This document shows positions 39,975 to 49,358 of a stretch of DNA of 64,000 nucleotides, one piece after another. The stretch covers positions 4,191,845-4,255,844 of the forward strand of contig OZ242039.1 of assembly GCA_965205085.1 (NCBI GenBank), given 5' to 3'. A program made the position numbers and the translations under genes. Positions within the stretch are counted from its first letter, which is position 1; each line of letters starts with the position of its first letter. Source of the stretch: Bryobacterales bacterium. Lineage in GTDB: Bacteria > Acidobacteriota > Terriglobia > Bryobacterales > UBA6623. Below the pieces are notes generated by a model. It was not told the DNA's origin. It ran no database searches and saw nothing but the letters and a program-made list of their open reading frames with translations.

Positions 39975-40961
39975 ATGCTTCCACGGAGGGGTTTTCTGGC
40001 ACTGGCGGCTGGCGGCCTCGCCGGTTGTTCCGGCGGCAAAGGCATGCCGGTCGTCGGCGTCGTGCCCAAGGGGACCAACCATACCTTCTGGCAGTCGGTC
40101 CATGCGGGCGCAATCAAGGCGGGCATCGAGTTCGACCTGGAGATCCTCTGGAACGCGCCACAGCTCGAAATCGATGCGGCGCGGCAGATATCGATCGTAG
40201 AGAACCTGATTACCCGCCAGGTCGCCGGAATCGTGTTGGCCCCGGTCGATGCCGACGCGCTGGTCTCTGTCGTGCATCGGGCAGCCGACAGCGGTATTCC
40301 CGTCGCGGTCTTCGACTCCGGGATCCATACCGACCGCATCATCTCTTTCGTAGCGACCGACAACCACCTTGGTGGAGTGATGGCAGCCAGACGGATGGGC
40401 GAGATTCTGGACGGTAAGGGCAAGGTCGGGGTAATCGGGTTCATGCCGGGCAGCGCCTCGACGATGAAGAGGGAGGCCGGATTCCAGGAGACCATCGCAA
40501 GGGAGTTTCCGGACATTGAGTTCCTCGGCACCCGGTTCAACATGGCGGACCGCGCCAAGGCCCTTGAGGAAGCCGAGAACCTGCTGACGGCGCATCCGGA
40601 CCTCGCCGGGCTGTTCGCCGACAACGAGTCCAGCCTGGACGGAACGGTCCAGGCCGTCAAGCAGCGCGGGTTGGCCGGCCGGGTCCAGATCGTCGGGTTT
40701 GACGCCTCAGCAACCCTTGTCCAGGACATGCGCGACGGGACGATCGACTCCATCGTTGTCCAGGACCCGTTCAAGATGGGGTACGAAAGCACCCGCCAGA
40801 TGGCCCGGCATCTGAGGGGCGAGCAGGTGGCCCCCCATATCAACTCGGGTGCCTACCTGCTCCGCCCCGACAACGTGGATACGCTGGCCATGCAGGCTGT
40901 GGTGTTTCCGGATCTCGAACGTTGGATCGGGCGTGCCGCGAATGGACCCGGTATCGATTGA
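39975..40961 (+). CDS. lipoprotein sugar-binding protein (RbsB/LacI-type periplasmic binding fold)
   Basis: ATG 39975. Lipobox LAGC. VVGVVPKGTNHTFWQSVHAGA..., GIVLAPVDADAL and FVATDNHLGG are typical of ribose-type SBPs. No adjacent permease or ATPase genes. Confidence 0.75.
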   Translation: MLPRRGFLALAAGGLAGCSGGKGMPVVGVVPKGTNHTFWQSVHAGAIKAGIEFDLEILWNAPQLEIDAARQISIVENLITRQVAGIVLAPVDADALVSVVHRAADSGIPVAVFDSGIHTDRIISFVATDNHLGGVMAARRMGEILDGKGKVGVIGFMPGSASTMKREAGFQETIAREFPDIEFLGTRFNMADRAKALEEAENLLTAHPDLAGLFADNESSLDGTVQAVKQRGLAGRVQIVGFDASATLVQDMRDGTIDSIVVQDPFKMGYESTRQMARHLRGEQVAPHINSGAYLLRPDNVDTLAMQAVVFPDLERWIGRAANGPGID

Positions 40962-41433
40962 CGAGCGCATCATGCGCGAGGCGCTGGGGCTGGCTGCCGG
41001 GGCCGGGCGGGCCGGTGAGGTGCCCGTCGGAGCCGTGGTCGTGCTGGGCGGCAGGATCGTCGGGCGTGGGGCGAATCGTCAGATTCGAGACTCCGACCCG
41101 ACAGCACATGCCGAGATCGTTGCACTCCGCCAGGCCGCCAGGGCGCTCGGTGAGCGCTACCTGCGGGATGCGACCGTCTATTCCACATTGGAGCCGTGTA
41201 CCATGTGCGCGGGAGCCTTGGTAGTCGCGCGCGTTCGTCGACTGGTGTTCGGCTCCAGGGATCTGCGGTTCGGTGCCGTCCGGAGCAAGTTCCGCCTCGC
41301 CGACTCCGACATCCTCAACCACCGGCTCGAGATTTCGGAGGGTGTGCTGGCCAGCGAGTGCCTGGCCCCACTGCGGTCCTTCTTTGCGGACCGCCGGGAT
41401 TCCGGCTGTGCCGGATCGCCAACCGGCGACTGA
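40942..41433 (+). CDS. tadA: tRNA adenosine(34) deaminase
   Basis: ATG 40942 (overlaps the upstream gene end). EVPVGAVVV...PTAHAEIVALRQA...TLEPCTMCAGAL...VFG signatures. Confidence 0.9.
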   Translation: MDPVSIDERIMREALGLAAGAGRAGEVPVGAVVVLGGRIVGRGANRQIRDSDPTAHAEIVALRQAARALGERYLRDATVYSTLEPCTMCAGALVVARVRRLVFGSRDLRFGAVRSKFRLADSDILNHRLEISEGVLASECLAPLRSFFADRRDSGCAGSPTGD

Positions 41434-41597
41434 AGGGCTTGGGCAATCCGCATGATCCTGGTGTCTGGAGCCAGCCGCCAAGCCCCCGTCTTCGGCTGTT
41501 GCGGTACCTATCCTCGTTCCGCGGCCCGGACCATGAGAACCCGGCTGGCACCGATAGTCGATCACAGTTGGATCGGGCGCGAAACTGATCGGGGTGC

Positions 41598-41731
41598 CTA
41601 GTGTTCCGTCACAGGTTGATCTTGGGGTCAACGGCAGCGGACGTACAACTGTTATTGGCAGCAGGTATTTCGCCGTTCACGCTACACCGACCCAAGCCCT
41701 ACCCGCAAATTCGACAGTGACAGAACACTAG
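41598..41731. repeat. 134-nt imperfect long hairpin (MITE- or attC-like element)
   Basis: The outer arms CTAGTGTTCCGTCAC (41598-41612) and GTGACAGAACACTAG (41717-41731) are complementary at 14 of 15 positions. Inner pairings are CTTGGGGTC/GACCCAAG and AACGGC/GCCGTT. Confidence 0.6.
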
Positions 41732-42135
41732 CCCATGTTGAACATTCTCGCTCTGCATGGCAGTTTCAAATTGTTGATCTACGATGTCTTAGCCATGTCA
41801 TGACAACCGTCGCCGTGTGAACTGCGATCTGAGGGGCATAGGTGCCCGCATCCGTGACCGGCGCACCTGCGGCCGATGGGTTCCGGTGAGCATGTCGTCT
41901 GTCTCCAGAACCGGTTCGATATGTCTCGCGAGGGCTGGCCAGCAAGGCTCTCCAGCCCGGTGGCGCTTCAGATTCTTGCAGCCGTCACGGCTCGCGCCGC
42001 TCCACAAGAGACGGTGCGCGGGATACCGCCTCGGTCAGGACCACTGGACAACCCGGCGTCCGCCACCGGACCCCACGATACGCCCCGATCCGCTGCTATA
42101 CTGCCACCTGCGGGTACGGCTCCCGTCGATTCGAC

Positions 42136-42960
42136 ATGGCGCATGACCGCATTATCAGGCAGAGCCCGTTCCCGGCCGTGCTCGAGCCGCCTGCCCCAGT
42201 CTTAGCCGAGGTCATTCACTATCCTGATTCGGACGGTCGCTTCTTGCCGGAAAACCCCCTACAGGCCAGTGCCATCGTCAACTTGCGCGCCGCTCTCACC
42301 CACCACTTCAACGAAGTTCCGAGGGTGGTGCTGCGGGGCGGCATGTTCATGTATTACGAGGAGGGGAATCCGAAGAAGAACATCGCGCCGGACATCTTCG
42401 TGGTGCTGGACCACGATCTGGGGAAGCGGAGGGTGTACAAGATCTGGGAGGAGGGCAAGCCGCCGGACTTCGCGCTGGAGGTGCTCTCGCCGTCGACCCA
42501 TACCCACAACGAAGAGGAGAAGGTGGTGTTGTACGCGCAGCTGGGGATTGGGGAGTACTTCCGGTTCCAGCCGGACCCGGAGAAGCAGGAGCCACGGCTG
42601 GTGGGCCACCGGCTGCACCGGGGGGAGTACCGGGACGTGGAGGCGGAGCCGGGAGGCGGACTGTTGAGTGTGAGTCTGGGGGTGGAGATGCGGGTGGAGG
42701 GGGAGAACGTGCGGGTCCGGGACCCGGTGACCGGGATGGAGTATCCGTGGATGGATGAGATTCCCCGGAACACCAAGGCTGCGGCGCTCCGATTGAAGGC
42801 CGAAGTGGAGGCACGACGTCTCGCAGAGGCCCGGGCGGAGGCCGAAGCAGCCCGGGCGGAGGCTGAAGCGGAGGCGCGACGTCGATCAGAGGCCAGAGCG
42901 GTAACTGCCGAGGCACGGGTAGCGGAACTGGAGGCTCAACTCCGCCAGGCGGGATACTAG
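42136..42960 (+). CDS. Uma2-family (DUF820) endonuclease with Glu/Ala/Arg-rich coiled-coil tail
   Basis: YPDSDGRFLPENPLQA...PDIFVV...KPPDFALEVLSPST...YAQLGIGEYFRFQP is the Uma2/PD-(D/E)xK pattern. The C-terminus is AEARAEAEAARAEAEAEARRRSEARA. Confidence 0.8.
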   Translation: MAHDRIIRQSPFPAVLEPPAPVLAEVIHYPDSDGRFLPENPLQASAIVNLRAALTHHFNEVPRVVLRGGMFMYYEEGNPKKNIAPDIFVVLDHDLGKRRVYKIWEEGKPPDFALEVLSPSTHTHNEEEKVVLYAQLGIGEYFRFQPDPEKQEPRLVGHRLHRGEYRDVEAEPGGGLLSVSLGVEMRVEGENVRVRDPVTGMEYPWMDEIPRNTKAAALRLKAEVEARRLAEARAEAEAARAEAEAEARRRSEARAVTAEARVAELEAQLRQAGY

Positions 42961-42993
42961 TGTTCCGCTACTGAGAGATGCCCGGGTCAACGG
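42957..42993 (+). repeat. second copy of the hairpin left arm, starting at the Uma2 stop codon
   Basis: CTAGTGTTCCGCTACTGAGAGATGCCCGGGTCAACGG versus 41598-41634 CTAGTGTTCCGTCACAGGTTGATCTTGGGGTCAACGG. 27 of 37 positions are identical, with perfect 11-nt and 10-nt end blocks (hand count). Confidence 0.5.
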
Positions 42994-43031
42994 GTTAGCG
43001 TTGGACGTTGGTAAGGGCCAGCCCCTAAATC

Positions 43032-43241
43032 TCACGCTGTCAACGACCAGCCCATCCATTCATCCCGCGTCTCGATCGCCAAGGCCGTTGCGGCGAGGCC
43101 GAACGCACCTGGTACGCCGTGGTCGGATTCGATCAGATCGCGCACGCGCCCCCCGCCATGGAGCACGGTCCCACAAGGATGCTCGTGAAGCATCAGTTCG
43201 TTCCAGGCCAGGCGCTGCTCCGCCGTCGCAATCAAGCTCAA
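43032..43241 (-). pseudogene. DUF4338-domain gene fragment
   Basis: 69-aa ORF with AEQRLAWNELMLHEHPCGTVLHGGGRVRDLIESDHGVPGAFGLAATALAIETRDEWMGWS. It follows the DUF4338 core pattern (W.eLm..HH.lG...G.qlRYli....g.lga.gfsaAa..l..RD.wIGWS). It is bounded by stops on both sides, with no N- or C-terminal remainder. Confidence 0.55.
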
Positions 43242-43406
43242 CTACAACCCCGCCACGGCGGCGATGTTGGCCGTCTCCCCGGAGTCATGGCCCCATCAAG
43301 CCTGTTGCGGGTTTCCACATGCTTGCTGATTCCCAAACATTCTGCCGTCAGCACCATGCGGAAGAAAGCCTCTCCTTGCCGCCAGAAAAAGGTGACATTG
43401 AACAAT

Positions 43407-43620
43407 CCGGGTCTGTTCGCACCGGCGCGTCAAGTCAGGCGCAGATCGCCATGCAGTGGGATTCGCGGCCTCCAGAGTCCTGCTTCCTTACTCGTTTCAG
43501 TTGGACCGTGACCATCTGCCAAGAGGTCACTTACAGAGCAACTGAGCCCGCATGGGAAGCGTTGGCCCTGCTCCCTTTCGACGCCTTCACCGGATGTTCC
43601 CCACCACGCTCCGGCTAGCG
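43407..43620 (+). repeat. copy B of the unclassified repeat (see 16806-16968)
   Basis: The 88-nt core matches 70/88 to the reverse complement of 16881-16968, plus the shared CGCTCCGGCTAGCG block. On the opposite strand both copies end an ORF with TSKEAG(P/L)WRPRIP(A/L)H..L..T followed by TGA at the same aligned position. Confidence 0.6.
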
Positions 43621-43780
43621 ATTGCGAGCCCTCAACCCGCATCCGTTGCTGCCGTCAGAGGGGGCATCCTGCCGGGTTGCTCACCGTCCGCCACTGGTCC
43701 CAAGATCACTGCAAGAGACTCCTCATCACGACCTCCGGCTTAGGGCGTAGATCGACAGATGAGCGCTGAATGATCTGGTT

Positions 43781-44400
43781 ATAATTGGGAGATGCCGGTA
43801 GCACTAGGAAATGCAACAGCGGGCGGAGAGATCTAAGGTCCCGATTGGCCTATCATATGGGAGAAACCGCCATGCCTCGGACTTTCCGCCATCTGCAATA
43901 CGACGAGCGCTGCCAGATCCACGCCTTGCACCAATGGGGAGCCTCGGTCAGCGCCATAGCCGCTCAGTTAAAGCGCCACAAATCCACAGTCTCTCGCGAA
44001 CTCCGGCGCAATACCGGCCCCTCCGGCTATCACCATCAGCAGGCCCAGCAACTAGCCCAAGAGCGTCGGGTCCAGGCCGGCTCCGGCTCCACTGGAGCCC
44101 CGAGCGGGTTGCCGGTCGACTGAAGCGGGGCGGCGGAGGATCTCGGGCACCTTCTCGTGGCCCGACCAGCGGGTTCGCCAGGACTGCGCCCAGGGAGGTT
44201 CGCTGTGCACCTGTCTGCGTCAGCGCGCAGGCCTCAAGGAACATGCCCATGCCCTGCTGCGCCGGCTTGTGACCAGGACCGAGAACCTGTGCACGCTTGA
44301 CCCGCAGCGGCTGCAGGTAGCGACCGACCGGCTCAACCGGCTCCGGCGCAAGGTGCTTGGCTGCCGTACGCTCGGGACCGGCATCGACCCGCCACCCGAC
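43781..44400 (+). mobile_element. IS30-family element remnant: transposase pseudogene with frameshifts and the catalytic core deleted
   Basis: The ATG at 43872 gives MPRTFRHLQYDERCQIHALHQWGASVSAIAAQLKRHKSTVSRELRRNTGPSGYHHQQAQQLAQERR (IS30 HTH). WSPERVAGRLK lies in a second frame and TENLCTLDPQRLQVATDRLNRLRRKVLGCRTLG (IS30 C-terminus) in a third. The GHWEGD/DDE region is absent. Confidence 0.75.
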
Positions 44401-44582
44401 GCCCCCCTTCTCTGCTTGGCGGACCTTGCCCGCCAGCGCCCTGTGGTCCGGGAGCCTTCTCGGGCCCGCTCCGGCTCTTGCATGGCTTCCACACTCGGAT
44501 CTTTGTTTCGACAGCCCCACCTAGTCCGCCGTGCCCTGCTGGCAACTCAACTGCCAACTCGAGCGGCCCTTTTCCCCGCTGC

Positions 44583-44708
44583 CGCATTTCGATGTGCGAT
44601 GGGTATCTCTGCTACACGCCCAAGTACGGCAGTTGGTGGAACGTCGCCGAGTGCGAACTGCGTCATCTGACGCCATCGGTCGCGCTGGGCAGCTGGGTCC
44701 ATCCCTAG
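44583..44708 (+). pseudogene. IS630-family transposase C-terminal fragment
   Basis: YLCYTPKYGSWWNVAECELRHLT resembles the conserved IS630 end (hYTPkHgSWLNmaEiEls.L). Only about 40 codons are present. Confidence 0.4.
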
Positions 44709-44903
44709 ATGACGGCTTGGTCGATGAACGCCAATGCCGGTCAGTGTCGAGTGAATTGACTGACCACGGTTGCCGACGGCCCACGAAACCTTATCGCCGA
44801 TTGCTCCAGAAATTCACAGTAACGGAATACCAAGGTCTTGTAGCTGTGCGATTAGGCTGGCTAGCACAGAGTCATCGTGGATTCGAAAGTCTTGATAGGA
44901 CAC

Positions 44904-47900
44904 TCACTGTGAGCCGGGCTCCCCTTCCGGCTCATCGGCGTACTGGCCGTAACTACGTCCGCAGACACGGGGCTCCCGATGCAGTAGGAGCCGCAGGCGT
45001 TCCAGTTCGGCGGAATCCCAGTCCATTGCAAAGGCCACAGCCTCATCCCACAGCTGGCGAACTTCGCACTCATCATCCCGGAATTGCGGTACTTTCATGT
45101 CTCTCGTCCGCTCCCAGCAGTTGGCTAGCGTCTCGCGGATGCGGTCGCGCTTTACGTCTGGGATGTGGATTTTCTCGGCCTCTGCGGTGCTGTAAGTGGG
45201 GAACTCGAGCTTTCTGCCCGGAGTTCGCATGAGTTGTAGGCGACCCGGTGTCGAGTTAATGAATACTGCAACGGCCTTAGCCTCCAGTGGAGAGAGTCCA
45301 GTTACCGGCATCCAACCGTTACCGACGTATTTCTTGTCGCTGGCGGTGGCAGTGACTCGGGCGGTGTTAGTTGCCTGTCCGGCAGTGATCAGCAAGTATC
45401 CGGCCTTGTCGAGAATCGCGTCGGCCTTGCCTGGCTTCTGCAGACACCAATGCTCATCCGGGACGCTCAGTATTCTCGTTTGTCCGTCAGCACTCTTGGA
45501 CTTCAGTATCGGGAAACTGTCCGGTCCACCGCCTGCTGCGGGCTTGCAAGAGCCCCGTAGCAGTTGGCCTGTCGCGTGCGCCGACAGGCCAACTGCCGAG
45601 ATAGTATGCAAGTCTTCATGGTTTGCGAACTGGCATGCGGCATGGGCAAGATCGGGCGAACGCCAAACAGCAGCTGTCCAGTCACCAGCCTTGATACGTT
45701 CCGCCGGCCAATGAAAAACCTCGCCCCACCCTTCACCGATCGGGCCTTCATTGCAGCCAACAAGGCATTCATGGAAATTCTGGACCTCCGAATCGTCAAT
45801 TGGCAACTTGTCCAGACAGATAATGCGGGTTGGCTGCGTGGGACCGTTGCAATGACGGCGCAGGACTACGATGCTCTCATTGATGTTTGTATGCTGGCTC
45901 AGATTGATCTGGGTCGGATCGTGGCTGGTCAGCACGCTGTGCACATGGTATCTCTGTGCCAGGATTTGACGTTCTGTCAGTCCCGATGACCCCGACAGAG
46001 CGATGGTAGGCTCAATCATGGCGATAACACCGTCGTCCTGCCTTACGCAGTGGTCCGCCAGAGCAACGAATAGTGGCCGGATGGAGTTCTTGTCTACAAA
46101 TTCCATCAGGCTGGGATTGGCATGGACTAGAACGGACTCCATAGTGTCCACGCGTGCTCTCAAGCTCTTCTGGTCCTCTTTGGGAAACTTTTTTCCCATA
46201 TTGGTCCGGTTCGTAAACGGCGGATTCATGATCACTATCCGGGCATCTTTGACTGCCTCTACTGCATCTTCCAGCTCTGCATCATCATCGTAGGTCCAGA
46301 CGGATCGGGAGCCGATTCTGTCGTCGTCTAGGGGAAGACTGCCAGGCCTTGAGACAATAGCTTTCTGGGCCAAGAGCTCCAAGCTCCCAACCGCCTCACC
46401 ATCTCGGTTGTATATCGACCGCCCTGTCGGCAGTGGACCGTAGGGCATGAGGTGAAGCCCCATCCGACGATAGCGAATATGATGGTTGCCTGCTGTTAGT
46501 TGAGATGCAGCCAGTTGCAGCGAAACGGGATTGATGTCCAGCCCGTGGATCGTCCCCTGCACTGCCAGTTTTTGCAACTGGTTGATCTCAATCTCATTGG
46601 CACCGTGTGCAGCAGCTCGGCGCTTCATTTCAGTGAGCATAGCGGTTAGTAACGTTCCACTACCACAGGCCAGATCCACAGTCTGGTGCGCCTCCCAAGT
46701 GCTGGGATCGTTCCAGTCCGCCTCGCCGCAGGCATCCAGAGCGAGGCGAGCAGCGATTGACGCGGCGGTCGGCCTTGTGAAGAACGCGCCGTCGGAGGCT
46801 TGGTTGCCCATGACCCGATTGAACAGCTCCCCCGCATGGTCTGCACCCATGTCAGCGTAGGCCTCGGCGATGCGCTCGGCTTCAGCAAGCACGTGACGCA
46901 GGGCGCGCTCCAAGCCAGCCTTCTTGCCGGTGTTGTCGACAGCCACAATGACATCGACGGCCGGTTTCAGCACGGGGTGGAAGTCGTGATTCATGATGTT
47001 TTGCCATTCCCGTTCCGTGTGACGCAACACATTCGGATCGTTCTTGACTTTCGCAAGATCGCTCACACCTGTGAGCCAGTGGCCCGCAGCGATGCGTTGG
47101 TGCAGCATGGCAGCGTTCATCAATAGCAGAGCAGCGATGGTGCAGCCGTCAGCCTGTTTCTGACGACTCTCGTCTTTCAGTCGGTGCAACTCGAAGTGCT
47201 TATCAAGGTGAGTGGACAGACCATCTTCACTCAAGTGCCGCGCCGCCTCACCGACACTCTCTCTGAGGATGTTCAAGTCTCGCCTGACTCGATTTCCACT
47301 GAGGCCGGACTTAGTTAGCAGGTTTGCGGTGATGCCGCGGCCATTATCTTCCAGTCCGGTGAGTGTTAGCTGGAGCAGCCGCACCGTCCTGCCCTCACTG
47401 CCAGCCTGCCGGGTTTGTCTAGGCCCACGCTGGTAGCTGCGGGGAAGGCGGACGCCCGTCCCCTTGTTAATCATGTCCCTGCCTTTAGCCTTGGTCTTGC
47501 GCATATCTACCTGACCAGGCTTGACATGTACGACAGAGTCCACCCGCATCTCGAAACTGCCATCGTCGTGCTCCTTAGCGGCTATGATCCCTGCCAGTTC
47601 CGGTGGCAACTCGCCGGCATCATTCGACGGACCTTTGGGTGCCTCGTCTACACCAACACTCTCGAGATTGCTCAAGGGGAGGAAGACTTCGGATGCTCGC
47701 CTGCGCCCCTTCAGCACGTCCTCGGCGGCTCTTTGCGCTGCTCCCGGTGCACCGACATGTCCGTAGTACTGGATCCTCCGGCTCTCCTTACTTGCCACTG
47801 CAACGATGTTGGACTCCCTTTCGGGCACCTCAGGTACATACAGTTGCAGGAGCTCGGAGAGCTTGTCCTCGATGCGGCTGTCATGGGCGCGCAGGGCTAC

Positions 47901-49358
47901 CAGGATCTGGCCCAGTTCCGACCAGCCGTCCTCCTTGCTGCTGTGCATCAGCCACCTCTCAGCGTCCACATGAGGCGGGATTATGATCGGACAGATGACA
48001 TAGCCAATCACCTTGTCCTGGGCCGTGCGCATAGCTCGGCCAACAGCCTGAATAACATCAATCGGACTCTTGCGGGGTTCTAGAAACGCAACTGCGCTCA
48101 GGGATGGTGCGTCGGTGCCTTCGCCGAAAATGCCAACATTGACAATGCCAAACGGCTTCGACCCGGTTGCCAAGCCCAACCGATCCTTGGCATTCTCGCG
48201 GCTAGCAACGTTGCTGCTGGCATCCAGATGCATGAGCTTGTACTTGGAGGCTTTCTGTTTAGGGCGGTTGGCATTCAGCCAGCCCTGTACCCACTGCCGC
48301 ACGGTCTCAGACTGCAGGTGTTCAGCCATGGCCTTGGACTTGGCAACCGTGTTCATGAATGCGATACACGACTTCACCAGGACGTCCTCCCCTTCTGGCA
48401 CATTGGTCGTGCCGCCTCCCATCACGAGAGCCAGAGTTAAGCCCTTGAGGAAATCCGAAGTGGTCAGAGGGTTGCGTTTGTTCCCACTCTGTGTCCTGGC
48501 TAGGCGATTGGCCGCTGCGTAGGCATCTGGATCGTTGATACCCAAGGCAATGATGCGGTAATCGGCCAGCCAGCCGTTGTCTACAGCATCCGTGTAGCTC
48601 CGGCGATACAACTCCACTCCGAAGATTGTTTCGTCGTCCATGTTCCGCACAACCCATTTCGGATTGCTGGTCTGCGAGCTGCCGCTCGTGTCATATACCC
48701 GGGGGGTGGCGGTCTGATAGATCCGATACTTCGCTGGGAAACGGCTGTTGTCGTGGCAGACCGTGAAGTCGCGGATGCGTTCCTCTAGCTTGCGGATGCG
48801 CCGTATCCCAGCCGTACGGTGGGCTTCGTCGGCGACCATCACAGTGGCCGTGGTCTTGCTCTTGATCAGTGCTTCGGCTATGCGGTGGCTGCTCTGGTAG
48901 GTGCCTATGATGATGTTGACTTGGTCGTTGCCTGTACCATCGCGAATCCAGGTAGCAATCACAGTGGCCTCGGTTGTAACCGCGCCCTTGATTTCGTTCG
49001 CGCTGACGTTGCTGTTGTCGAGTGTAGGATCCTCATACCGCTTGGCGACGCCTTCCTTTGCGGGGGCGTAGCCGGCGGTATCGTCAGAGCAGACGGCGAG
49101 CACCCGTATCGCTTTTTTGCTCTGCTGGAGGTACTCGCGCCTGATCTGCGCGACTAGCGCGATAGAAGGACACAAGACGACCGACAGTTGGCCCGCCGGT
49201 GTCAGCTTCTCAATGATGCACAGCGAAATTCGAGTCTTGCCGGTGCCGCAAGGCAGGATGATCTTGCCCCGCGCTTGTCCTACTGGCAAACCGCCACTGT
49301 CGGACTTTTCGTGTTGCTGAAGAATGCGGATGCTCTCGTCGATAGCTTCGCGCTGCAT
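44904..49358 (-). CDS. Type ISP-like restriction-modification enzyme, helicase-methyltransferase-TRD portion (1484 aa from the internal ATG; the frame is open upstream through the C-tract)
   Basis: SF2/ResIII helicase motifs: ILPCGTGKT (I), VADEAHRTAG (II, DEAH), RIYQTATPRVY, FGEGTDAPS and QAVGRAMR (VI). The string DEAHRT...FTVCHDNSRFPAKYRIYQTATPR is characteristic of COG4889/Type ISP helicases. N6-adenine MTase motifs: VDLACGSGTLL (I) and IVIMNPPFT (IV). About 440 aa follow, with no recognised motif (TRD-like position). Confidence 0.85.
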   Translation of the reverse strand: MQREAIDESIRILQQHEKSDSGGLPVGQARGKIILPCGTGKTRISLCIIEKLTPAGQLSVVLCPSIALVAQIRREYLQQSKKAIRVLAVCSDDTAGYAPAKEGVAKRYEDPTLDNSNVSANEIKGAVTTEATVIATWIRDGTGNDQVNIIIGTYQSSHRIAEALIKSKTTATVMVADEAHRTAGIRRIRKLEERIRDFTVCHDNSRFPAKYRIYQTATPRVYDTSGSSQTSNPKWVVRNMDDETIFGVELYRRSYTDAVDNGWLADYRIIALGINDPDAYAAANRLARTQSGNKRNPLTTSDFLKGLTLALVMGGGTTNVPEGEDVLVKSCIAFMNTVAKSKAMAEHLQSETVRQWVQGWLNANRPKQKASKYKLMHLDASSNVASRENAKDRLGLATGSKPFGIVNVGIFGEGTDAPSLSAVAFLEPRKSPIDVIQAVGRAMRTAQDKVIGYVICPIIIPPHVDAERWLMHSSKEDGWSELGQILVALRAHDSRIEDKLSELLQLYVPEVPERESNIVAVASKESRRIQYYGHVGAPGAAQRAAEDVLKGRRRASEVFLPLSNLESVGVDEAPKGPSNDAGELPPELAGIIAAKEHDDGSFEMRVDSVVHVKPGQVDMRKTKAKGRDMINKGTGVRLPRSYQRGPRQTRQAGSEGRTVRLLQLTLTGLEDNGRGITANLLTKSGLSGNRVRRDLNILRESVGEAARHLSEDGLSTHLDKHFELHRLKDESRQKQADGCTIAALLLMNAAMLHQRIAAGHWLTGVSDLAKVKNDPNVLRHTEREWQNIMNHDFHPVLKPAVDVIVAVDNTGKKAGLERALRHVLAEAERIAEAYADMGADHAGELFNRVMGNQASDGAFFTRPTAASIAARLALDACGEADWNDPSTWEAHQTVDLACGSGTLLTAMLTEMKRRAAAHGANEIEINQLQKLAVQGTIHGLDINPVSLQLAASQLTAGNHHIRYRRMGLHLMPYGPLPTGRSIYNRDGEAVGSLELLAQKAIVSRPGSLPLDDDRIGSRSVWTYDDDAELEDAVEAVKDARIVIMNPPFTNRTNMGKKFPKEDQKSLRARVDTMESVLVHANPSLMEFVDKNSIRPLFVALADHCVRQDDGVIAMIEPTIALSGSSGLTERQILAQRYHVHSVLTSHDPTQINLSQHTNINESIVVLRRHCNGPTQPTRIICLDKLPIDDSEVQNFHECLVGCNEGPIGEGWGEVFHWPAERIKAGDWTAAVWRSPDLAHAACQFANHEDLHTISAVGLSAHATGQLLRGSCKPAAGGGPDSFPILKSKSADGQTRILSVPDEHWCLQKPGKADAILDKAGYLLITAGQATNTARVTATASDKKYVGNGWMPVTGLSPLEAKAVAVFINSTPGRLQLMRTPGRKLEFPTYSTAEAEKIHIPDVKRDRIRETLANCWERTRDMKVPQFRDDECEVRQLWDEAVAFAMDWDSAELERLRLLLHREPRVCGRSYGQYADEPEGEPGSQ

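Noticed and set aside
38172-40595. 306-aa and 385-aa minus-strand ORFs (38172-39092, 39438-40595)
   Set aside because: They are antisense to the kinase-dCMP-deaminase, PduO and sugar-binding-protein genes, all of which have strong motifs.
41598-41731. Hairpin as an integron attC site
   Set aside because: The expected R''/R' core sites (RYYYAAC / GTTRRRY) are not cleanly present; GGTCAAC and GTTCACG only approximate them. No integrase and no array of cassettes are seen. It is kept only as a generic hairpin repeat.
43032-43241. DUF4338 (the DruA-type domain) next to an R-M gene, as a hint of a Druantia system
   Set aside because: Only a 69-codon internal fragment bounded by stops is present. 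No DruB-E-like large genes are nearby. DUF4338 also occurs with transposable elements, which fits the surrounding IS debris.
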